NCBI RefSeq assembly: GCF_009914755.1
Contig: NC_060941.1
DNA from: the human T2T-CHM13v2.0 reference genome, Homo sapiens
Length of the DNA: 64,000 bases
Reading direction: 5' to 3' (one strand)
The translations under genes were made by a program, and so were the position numbers. Below the pieces are notes generated by a model that ran no database searches, had not been told where the DNA came from, and saw nothing but the letters and a program-made list of their open reading frames with translations. Positions 54,070 through 64,000 of this stretch are shown here, piece by piece; the stretch's first letter is position 1; each line of letters begins with the position of its first letter.

Positions 54070-54170
54070 CTGAGGGTGCCATCCCCACAGGCCAGCAGGT
54101 AGTAGAAGACGTTGAATGTGGCTTCACTGGCTGGGCGCCGAGCCACACGCAGCTTCTCCAGAAGCATTGT
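54070..54170 (-). CDS. MYO18A: MYO18A coding exon, [33 protein letters not shown]
   Basis: AG/GT borders; 101 nt, phase 0/2. Confidence 0.95.
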
Positions 54171-54288
54171 CTGTGACACAGCATGGACGTGTGGGTAAGG
54201 AGGGTAGTGCCAGATCAAGTTTCTCCCACCCCACATAAGAAGGAATCAAACACATGGTCCTCTAGGCCCTGGGGAACAAGCAGCTGCA

Positions 54289-54778
<490 letters not shown>

Positions 54779-55349
54779 TAAGCAGGTGCATCTTATTCCC
54801 AAGGTGCTCAATCAGATACCAGATCCCTCTAGGATCAAATGGGGGACAGAAACCAGAATGAGGTGGAAGAAGACAGGCCCAGCTCCCAAAGGGGCCCTGC
54901 TGCTCTGCCCAGACCCCAGGTGCCTGCCTTCTGGAAATGGGAGCTTGTGGTGAGGTATTTAGCATGGGAGGGAATCAGCCTTGGCTGGGCCTTACTTTAC
55001 TGACAAGCCAGTCCTCTGCTAGGTGAAATCGGCCCGAGAGAAGCCCCGAGCATGAATCTCAGAAAGTGGGAAGTAAGGCTGAGGCCCAGCAGTAGAGTTA
55101 GGACAACCCCAGGGTTGGGAGAGTGAAGGGAACTGGGCAGAAAGCTGGACTGGCCCCATCCAGGGCAGGAGGCCCTGAGGGCAGAATGGTGATGCCTCTG
55201 GATAGTGCAGGCCAACCCTGCCCATGCCTGGGTCAATTTTGTTAGGGTAGAATCCCAGGAAAATGAGGCATGGGAGAGAGCCTGATGTCTAGGTCATGAA
55301 ATCATGTGGCCTGTGTCCTACTACCCCGAGTCCTGGGCAGCACTCTCAC

Positions 55350-55492
55350 CTGAATGGAGGCTGAGGCCACCTGGCCAGCTTGGTCAAAGTCCAGGGAGAG
55401 GATCTGGGAGAAGCGGGTGGCATTGCCATTAATGATGGTGGGGCTGTTCCCAAAGGCTTCCAGGAGGGTGTACAGAGCCTGCCACTTCTCCA
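55350..55492 (-). CDS. MYO18A: MYO18A coding exon with switch I region [18 protein letters not shown]
   Basis: AG/GT borders; 143 nt, phase 1/0. Confidence 0.97.
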
Positions 55493-55731
55493 CTGCAGAA
55501 TACAGGCCCAAGGGGATATCAGGAAAGCCAGGGGCAGCTTATCCCCCAGCTAGGAGCTACCCCAGAGGTATGAAGGCTTGGGGCCATTCAGACCAGAACT
55601 GCCCGTGGACAGAGGGGTTTCGGGGGGATGGAAAGGCCAGGGAGAAAAAGAGCTGGCACTTAAGAGGGTGCTCTCTCCTCACTCCCCTCCCCTCACCCCA
55701 CTTTCAGTTTTCTCCCTTGTCCCTGCCTCAC

Positions 55732-55945
55732 CAGAAAACACCTTGTTCCCGCTGATGCCCGCGATGGTGGCCAGGTACTGCACCAGATGCTGGCAGCTGG
55801 TGGTCTTGCCACTGCCACTACTGCCCAGGAGGATGATTGACTGATCCTGACGGCTCATCAGCATCGCCCTGTATGCGGTCTGGGCCACTGCATAGATGTG
55901 GGGTGCCATGTCCTCCCGCCGACAACCCTTGAACATGTGCATCAC
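55732..55945 (-). CDS. MYO18A: MYO18A coding exon with P-loop GSSGSGKT
   Basis: aag acceptor, gtgagg donor; 214 nt; PHIYAVA...[14 protein letters not shown]. Confidence 0.97.
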
Positions 55946-56280
55946 CTTGGGCAGGAGAGCAAGGGAGAGAAGGGGTTGGCTCTTAGCTGATCCCATTAAG
56001 ACACCCCTCACCCCCAAGGTCCACATCTTTCTGGATTTTCCCTCCTGTAGTGCCCAGGGATTCCAAGGCCAAGGCCATGCATGGAAATGAAGACACTAAG
56101 TCCTGGACTCCATCAAAGGTTGTGGGGAGGTCCTGTCCCCCATCTCTTGAAATGACTCCTCTTCCCAAGGTCAACTGTGAGAGTGGACAGGAGCCCAGTG
56201 GGGTGCCACAGGGGAAGGGCAGAGAGCCAGGGCAGGGGGTGGGACCAGGAGTCTGCAGGGTAGCCTTGAGGGTGCTGCAC

Positions 56281-56457
56281 CTTCTCAGAGTACACAGCAG
56301 GGGCCCCACGGGGGCCAAGAACCAGCAGGCTGGGGCCAGCATACGTGTGCAGCAGGCTAGCGCCATAGCGCTGGCGCAAGGTGTGCAGGACGCTGGACTC
56401 ATTGAGGTACACCAGTGAGGCCAGATCCTCCAGACGGTCGCAGGAGGGAGCATTAGC
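56281..56457 (-). CDS. MYO18A: MYO18A coding exon, motor start [31 protein letters not shown]...
   Basis: AG/GT borders; 177 nt; myosin EDL..L.YLNE..VL..L..RY motif. Confidence 0.96.
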
Positions 56458-56584
56458 CTGTGTGGGAGGACAGGCGGGTGGGTATTAGAGCAGCAGAGCC
56501 CATCTCCGCTGCCAGAGGATGGGCCTGCCCTGCCCAGTGCACTCCTGAGCCTCCTCCCCCACACCCAGCCCCCTGCCCACCTAC

Positions 56585-56691
56585 CTTCTCAACGTCATCC
56601 TCATCCACATCCAGGATGGCCCCATCGTGGTCCAGCTTCACACGCACCTTCCCCTCAGGCAAGTTGAGCTCCTCAGATTTGAGTTGACTGG
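56585..56691 (-). CDS. MYO18A: MYO18A coding exon, [35 protein letters not shown]
   Basis: AG/GT borders; 107 nt, phase 1/0. Confidence 0.95.
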
Positions 56692-56899
56692 CTGCAGGGG
56701 AGGGACAGACAGCTGGGATGGGCCTGGGAAGCCTCTGCTACTCCACTTGGGAACTTCTCGGTCCTATCCTCCCCACCACTGCATCACCAGCCTCTCCTTG
56801 CTCACTGCTCAGCCCTCACCAGATGCAGAAGGCACATTCGCTGCCCAGCCCTGAGACCAGTGAGTCCTGACATGTGCCCCCAGACCCTCTGAGACTCAC

Positions 56900-56987
56900 C
56901 CAGTGAGAAGCCGTCCCTATGGACCAGCCACACCTTCTCCGTCTCATTCCAGGCCTCTTCTGCTGCAATCTGTTCTTCTGTTTTCGC
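56900..56987 (-). CDS. MYO18A: MYO18A coding exon (first shared exon in window), [29 protein letters not shown]
   Basis: cag acceptor, gtgagt donor; 88 nt, phase 0/1; recognised myosin-18A SH3-like region. Confidence 0.95.
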
Positions 56988-58500
56988 CTGTCAGAGAGAG
57001 AGAAGAATAAACAGGCCCTGCTATGGAAGACAGGGACAAGGACAGCCGTAGAGGGGAGACAAGTGAGGGCATGGGCTTTGAGACAAGCCACTGGGCAAGG
57101 AATGAGTTAGGTGACAGACACAGAACACAGGGACATCAGAGGTGTCTGGGAAAGAGGGTGGGGAAGCTAGGAGGCAAGGGTGGCTCTAAGGAGCCCTGAG
57201 GACAGGACACAAAGGCTAGAGACCGTACCATCAGTGAGGGTCTGGCAAGACAGGGACACAGGGATCTTGTGCCCAGGAAAGAGGAGACCCCAGGAAAGCA
57301 AATCACCAGGTTCTCCCTCAGCCACCCTCTGCTCCTCCACCCTGTCAAGCCCAGGAGATCAGTGTCCTGAGTCCAAGGCCCTAGACCCTAGCCACAGCTA
57401 CTAGGATCTTCCGTGCCCAGCTTCTCCCTTCATCCAAATGATAGGGCCTCCTTTGCCAAGCTGGGAGAGGGCATGTCCTCGGATCTCAGCGGGGAGTCGC
57501 CTGGACTTCGCAGTACAGAATGATAGGTGGGCTCAGAGCCCTGGCCTCAGCCCTGGCCCTCCCCTCCAGAGGGTGCTCTACCCGGACCGGGGGACAGTGC
57601 CCAGGTGCACACATCAGCCTCCCTGCTCCTTCTCCATGCCGCCATCAGCAAAGACCCCTGTCACACAGACCTAGTGGACACGCTAATGCCACACAAAGGC
57701 ACGAGGCAGTGCGGCCAGAGATATGGGGGTAGGGGCAGCCCTGCCCTGTCAAACACAGGGAGAGGCTTACACGTTATACAGATGGGCACAGGAGTGGTGT
57801 AAAGGGGCTAGAAGCCCCCAGAGGCCTCAGGAGGTCACCAACTCAGACATAAGCATTCATAGGTACTGACGGTGTGGGGCTGTCAAACCTGGCACCCTCT
57901 AAGAAGGACACTTGAACTGGGAAGAAACGGTGTCTGGGGGAGCTGGGGAAACAGACGAGGGACCCAGGGCCCATCGGGCTCCTCTTGTTGTGTGTGGGCG
58001 AAATGGCAGCAAGGTCATCCCGTGCCCCGGGTGGGGGATGGGCACCCCAGTGGCATGGACCCACCCTCAGGTTAGCCCGAGCCCCTACACTCTCGGAGGG
58101 CCCCAGCTGTGAGGCACAGTCAGCCTGAAACCTGAGGCCCAGGCGTGGACACTGGCTGGGTCCTGACCCCCTGGGTGAGAAATCAGGAAAAGATAAGAAA
58201 ACATAAGAAGTATGTTCTTTGTCACATTTCTTGGAGTTGAAAGTAAAGGAGACGTGGGCTCTCCTCTCAGGTTGGCTTCTGGCTTTAGACAGATCCCTCC
58301 AGTGCTGGACGGCCCTTCCCCAGATTGGAGTAGGAGGGCTGGGCTGCACCAGTGGCTCCCAGATCTCCGGGTTTCACGGACCCATGAAATAACTCTGAAT
58401 AGGAGGATCACCACGTGGCTGGCCACATTTTGGTGTGTTAAGTGAGGACATTAAAAAGGCTAGTTCTTTATATTTGAAGAACTATAACTATAAAAATCAT

Positions 58501-58825
<325 letters not shown>

Positions 58826-59385
58826 TCAAATCACATAAGACAGGGGAGACCTTTATGTTGAATAGACACCTTCTATGGGCCAGGTATTTGGGGACTGATG
58901 AATAAGGTGACATCATAGCCTGTAACTAACTCCCTTAAAGCTCATCTGAAAATGGGTTTCTCACATTGGCCAGGAGGTGGAGACAGAGAATGTCTCACGT
59001 TCAGGCATGGGCTGGGAAGAGGGCAGAGATTCTGCCTTTCCAGCTTTCTCTCTCCAGAGTGAGCAGAGTTGAAACACCTAGAACTCAACCAGGCCCCCCT
59101 TGGGCTCCAGTGGCTGAGAACCACATGCCACATGGGCCCAACTTGAAGGGCGACACTCGGTCTAGATGCTCCCCAGGGGCCTGACACAGAGCTGCACCAT
59201 CTCAAGCTCCCGGCACTACCTCCCGCTGGGGTCCTCCCAGACACAGGGTGGGAGCCTGGAGGGGAAAGAGGCCTTACACTCCAGCAGGAGGCCCGAGCAC
59301 AGACGCCAGCCCAGGTGCAGGCCAGTGGGGCTAGGTGGTCACTGGAGGGAGCGGAGGGCTCCTGAGTGGGGGGAGAGCACCCTAC

Positions 59386-59421
59386 CTGGCTGTGGGCATG
59401 AGAGGCGGCCTCAGAGTCCAG
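59386..59421 (-). CDS. MYO18A: 36-nt alternative exon LDSEAASHAHSQ
   Basis: Long pyrimidine tract, ggtag|CTG...CAG|gtaggg; phase 0/0; resembles a 12-aa insert I recall before AKTEEQ in rodent Myo18a. Confidence 0.75.
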
Positions 59422-60625
59422 CTACCGACAGCAAGCAAAGGAGAGAGAGAGAAGAAGGGTGAAGATAAGCAGACCACTGGCACGCCCCCTTCAGCAAGTG
59501 CTCCTGAGTCAAGTGGGCCGGCACTCTCTAGTTGTCCAAGGCTCGGGGTGAAGGTGGGGGAGCTTGGTGCCAGGACCTGGGACCTGGCCTGAGCAGGTGA
59601 ACTGCACCCAGTCAAGGAGAGGCCAGGAAGGTGAAGAGACACTAGTGACCATCAGGCCTCTCAGAGGAGATGCTCCTCTAAGTCATTCCCGGTGGCCCGG
59701 GCAGGAGTCTGCCACTCTGCCTCTGGCCGCAGTCTCTCCTGGGCTGGCCATCCGGTCTATTCTGAATCAGGCTCCCTCTTCTGTGTGTCTACCAGGTCAG
59801 GCCACCTCACCACACCCAAGGCCTGGGCCCCCTGCCAGCCTCTTGCCTTATCTCCAGAGCATTTCTCAGCCTAGCTCCCCTGTGGCCACCAGCACAGAGC
59901 TGTTCCTTGCCTTCTAACACAGCCCAAGGGTGCCACTCCCTAGGCCAAGGGCTGTGTTCAGAGCTGTCGCCCTGCACCTCTCATAGAACACAGCTCCCAG
60001 CAGCTTGCAGTCTAGAATCTCTTCCTCAACCCCGACGTACCCTATAGCACTCCCACCTCTGCCAGCCAGGCACACCGACCCCATCTAGATCCAACCTGGG
60101 GACCACTTGACAGCTGCCCAAGAGCAAAGGCACTGTGGGCAAACCCTGTGGCCAGCCGTGACCTCTCTGGTTACTTAAAGCCCTGAAAAGCCTTTCTGGG
60201 GAGGAAGGCAAGTCAACCAGGACTTGGATGTTACCTGTTAGAAATCGGCAAGGAGTTATCAGGCCCCACCTGGGTCTAGAGAGCCAGGTCACCAAAAATA
60301 GCGACAGCAACCTTCCTTACCACCCGCCAGGCCCTGACACCAACACATGTCCTCGAGGCAGGACAATGTGGCCAGAGAAAGGGACTGGGCCCTGAGCGAG
60401 GAGGGGTGCCCTCCCACATGCACAGGACTTTGGGCTCTCTGGAGGAACCACTCTCCCCAGAGCACTTCTCTCATTTCTTTAAGAGAGAGCCCAACATGAG
60501 GGCCCACAGGCCGCCATGGAGCCATCTTCATGGTCAGCGCGCCTACAGACACACACAGGGTCCTGCCGCCAGCCTCAGGAAGAGGGCGGCCAGGGACTGG
60601 GACCCACACACAAGAGTGGCATTAC

Positions 60626-60700
60626 AGAAGCTGTGAAGATCCTCTCCAGCCGCTGGTGGGCCTCTTCCACGGGGGTCAGCTGGACCTTGGCAGCTCCTGC
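60626..60700 (-). CDS. MYO18A: Candidate 75-nt alternative exon AGAAKVQLTPVEEAHQRLERIFTAS
   Basis: tttaacctttag|GCA...TCT|gtaatg; phase 0/0, no stop; ACTAAT just upstream. Confidence 0.65.
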
Positions 60701-61844
60701 CTAAAGGTTAAACCACTATTAGTCCCAGCCCAGAAATGGAGAGGCCACAGCATGCGGAGCTCCCAGCCCAGGAAGCCACTGGGACCCACTAGGGAAGGGG
60801 AGCAGCGCCAGGGAGCAAGCCGCGCGGCAATCTGAGTTTTTAAACCATCAGATTAGAAAAAAAAGAACAAGTGCCTGGGAGTTCTGGGGTTATTTCTTCC
60901 CACCTGCCTATCTTGAGCACCAAATGGCCCTATTATCCCACTTGCCCTCTGGACCCTTCCCCAGGCCCAGGTGACAGGTGGCTAAACTCCAGGTCAGGGC
61001 ATGTCTCAGCTCCCAACTCCTCCCTTGTGAGAGGAGGAGGGACGGGGAGGAGGGAGGGGAGGGCAGCCGCCCGGGAACAGGACCACGACACTCCCCACCT
61101 GCTTATGGGTTCTCCAGAGCGACCAACAGTTCTGCCCATACCCTGCCCAAAATGCCCATGCCAGCTCCTCCCTGTGAGCAGGAACAGGCACTTCCCTGAT
61201 TCACAGAGTGGGCCAGGTGGGTGGGGGAAGCGGCGGCTGGCTTTTCTCTAAGTGCTGCAATGCCCAGGAAGAATGGGGAGCAACAAGGCTCCCCAGGTCC
61301 CAGGAGGTAACAGTCAGGGAGGGCCTCAAGGCCTCTCAGGCTATTCCCCCATACCCTCCAGACCCCTCTCCTTCCAGCCAGAAGGAGCCTGCATGAGCAC
61401 AGGGAAGTAGTGGCAAAACTTGATGCTCCTCTCCCACACCCTGGGAGGCCTCAGCAGGGTCCAAAAAAGGGAAGCTTGAAGAGAACTGTCCCCAACTCAG
61501 AGGCCAGCCAAGAAGGCAACACTTTCCAAGGGAAAGAGGCTGGACTGACCCTCCCTCCTGCTTCTCAGCCTCCTGCCCCACCCAGAGAACACTTTCTGGG
61601 AAGATAGGGTTGCCCCTATATCCCAAGGGGCCCACTGTACCCATCTGCCATCCAAGCACAGGGCTCCTCAAGAGTCCTGCTGCCAGATGGTCATGCTGGC
61701 CAGGCCTAAAGAAGGCAGTGATGGCAGTGAGGGCATCAATAACAACTGTTATTAGCACCACTATCAACGCTACCATTTATGGAGCACCCACCATGCCAGG
61801 GACCGGCTTGGAGCATTATCTGTATCATTTCTAATCTTCTGGTT

Positions 61845-62118
61845 ACTTAAAACCCTTATTAACCCTTATTTGCAATTCCAAAATCCCAAAAGCCCCCCCA
61901 AACAAAATATTTTTCTTAACTATTTTGGCGGCAAAACCTGGCAGTTTATCCTCTATGCCCCTGTAGTGTGAATATTCATAGATTTTGCTTTGGAAATATT
62001 AATGTTTGTTACACGTTGTTGCTCATTATGTATACTGTATGGCACTAAAATACAAAGATTACTAATTTCCAAAATACTGCCACACCCAGGGTATCAGAGA
62101 AGAAATTTTGGACCTGTA
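61845..62118. mobile_element. AT-rich Tigger/TcMar-like DNA transposon fossil, apparently inserted in a MIR
   Basis: Starts near cccttattt..aattccaaaatcc, ends ...ggacctg|ta; MIR-like sequence on both sides (61770-61840, 62118-62200). Confidence 0.45.
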
Positions 62119-62571
62119 TTATCCCCACTCAACAGAGGAAGTCTGAGATGGGACTTTGCTGAGGTCCCAGGGGATGAGTGGCTGGGAATGCAAGCCCAGA
62201 TCCCTGACTTGAGAAAACAGTCTTTCCTCCTGGAACTGATCTGCTGAGACTCTGATCCTCGGGTTTGGGTCTCAGGCCTCAAGCTGGCGCCATGTAGCTG
62301 GGGACCAGGCCCTGACTCCCTATGGCAAGGCCAACATGCTGCTTAGCAGTTTCCATCCCAGCCGCCAGGCCAGAGCCCAGGCAACTGCAGGGTCCGCATT
62401 GGGTTAGGGAAAGCCATGCAGCCCCTGCCGGCCATCAGCACACGACCCTGGGCCCAGCCTCTCGGTCATGCGGGGTTCGCTGAGGTCGCTTGGGGAAGCC
62501 GGCTGTGAGGGTGCCTGGCCCTTGAGCTAGGGTGGTGAGGGGCAGGAGCGGTTAGTGACACACTCTTGTAC

Positions 62572-63264
62572 CTCCTGCTTCACACCAGGGACTGGTGACT
62601 TGGACTGCTGCTCTCCAGTGAGGTCTGACTTCGGGCCGGTGGAGCCTGGGGTCACCAGCTCTTCCGGTGGGGCTGGGGAGCGCTGCTTCTTTGGGGCTTC
62701 AGGCTTGGCTGGGGATCCTGCTTTCTCAGGGGAGTCTGCCCAGTCTGGGGAGCCTGGCTCCTGGCTGGAGGGCTTCTCCCCCTTCCCAGAAGACTGCTTG
62801 CCGCGGGCCTTGTGCTCCTTGCCCCTGCCCCGAGACATCAGGCTCCGCAGGCCCAGGGAGAGCTCATCCTTGGCTGCCTCCTTCTTCACTGCAGGCTTAG
62901 GCGGAGCAGGGGGAGGTGGGGGAGGGGGTGGCGGCTTGGGACTAGAAGCTGCCTTTTCTCCCCTCTTGCTTCGAGTCGGGTGCTCGGGGGACTTGACTCC
63001 TCTGCCTGGGGTCTCCTTGGCATTCCCAAGCTCCTCGCTGGGCAGCACCTTACTCACCACCTTCCTCACTGCATTTGCCACCCGCTTCCGGGACAGGCCC
63101 TGGGCCTCTTCGCTTAGGCCTTCTGCTGTGGCAGCTCCCGGGCCGTTCATGGCGAGTGTGGGTGCAGGGCTCCTGGCTCTCTGGGAAGTCTCTGGGGGTA
63201 TCGGGCTGGTGGGAGGCTGAGGACTCCTAGATGGGCCACTGCCTTCCTTTGAGCTGCCCTCTAG
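62572..63264 (-). CDS. MYO18A: Alternative Pro-rich coding exon of MYO18A (gamma-type N-terminal extension, 231 aa)
   Basis: Open frame LEGSSKEG...KPPPPPPPPPAPPKP...VKQE; tgtag acceptor and GAG|gtacaa donor, phase 0/0, compatible with exon 56987; boundaries inferred. Confidence 0.8.
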
Positions 63265-63773
63265 CTACAGTCATACAAATACAGGTAGACATTAGCATCA
63301 CCCCTGCAGCCCTGCCCATCCCATGCAGAGGGAATAAGAAGGTGTGACCTCACGCCCTGGAACAGATCTCCCATTCATCTACCAAGCAACACATGGCTCC
63401 ACGAGGCTACCCAGGAAGCCCACTTTCCATCTTACAGATAGGACAATTGCAGCTAAGAGTCTGGCTTCTTTCCCACAAAGCACAATCAGCACAATCAGGT
63501 ACTACTGTCACCTGCTGTCTATCCCCAGACTTAGCATGGACCTGTGAGATGCCGGCACAGAGCGCCGAGAGGCCTATGAGGTGCTCTGGGGTTACTGGCT
63601 TTGTGTCAGGGCAGCAACCAAGTCCCATTCTAGGTGAGCCCACTGCCTCGCAGCCCAGACACAGCAGAGATGGAGCATGGACACAGCAGAGATGGAGCAT
63701 GGAGAGGTCAAACAGCCGAGTCCCACCTCCATTCCTACCACCAATCCCAGGCCTAACTCCAGGGCGTCCTGAC

Positions 63774-63797
63774 CTTTGTAGTCCTTGGTCCTTCCAT
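63774..63797 (-). CDS. MYO18A: Candidate start-codon segment MEGPRTTK (exon 63774-63837)
   Basis: ttttttccttcag acceptor at 63838-63839; gtgATGg strong Kozak context; AAG|gtcagg donor in phase 0 with exon 63264. Confidence 0.4.
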
Positions 63798-64000
63798 CAC
63801 CTGTTTTCCGGGCAGTCAGACCAAGAGCCTACCCATCCTGAAGGAAAAAATGATCAGGGAGCTCTTCCTGGCCCCAAGACATGCCAGGCCTCCTCCTCAC
63901 AGCGTCCCTCGTCTGCGGCCACTGTCTGCCCTTCATCTATGTTCTCAAGCACTGACGAGCCCAGCACGGGCCAGGAAGCTTCCACTTCAGCCTGCTTTCT

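Noticed and set aside
62555-63220. 221-aa Gly-rich plus-strand ORF
   Set aside because: Exact antisense of the Pro-rich exon (CCN read as NGG/GGN)

Overview
Human (primate) genomic DNA: the 3' ~55 kb of MYO18A (unconventional myosin-XVIIIa, chr17q11.2) on the minus strand. I traced 40 GT-AG coding exons by hand (56987 down to the stop at 9488). Their phases are mutually consistent and they total 5166 nt = 1721 codons + stop, covering the SH3-like region, a degenerate motor, IQ, coiled coil and tail. The KE/PDZ exon of the alpha isoform is upstream, outside the window. The TIAF1 ORF (115 aa) lies in the 3' UTR. The main unexplained structure is a second set of phase-compatible exons inside the introns: a 693-nt Pro-rich exon (62572-63264), 75-nt and 36-nt exons, a candidate start exon (63774-63837), and a 1270-nt Ser/Arg-rich alternative stop-containing exon (14449-15718). 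These fit a striated-muscle Myo18A-gamma-type isoform, and both large exons carry a downstream QKI-type ACUAAC element. Other points are a 12-nt microexon with RBFOX/SRRM4-type motifs, a 19-bp inverted repeat with a competing partner, a 57-bp local duplication, a dense promoter-like motif cluster past the 3' end, a CTCF site, and many Alu/MIR/L2/DNA-transposon fossils. Gene and repeat names come from recognition only; no database search was run.
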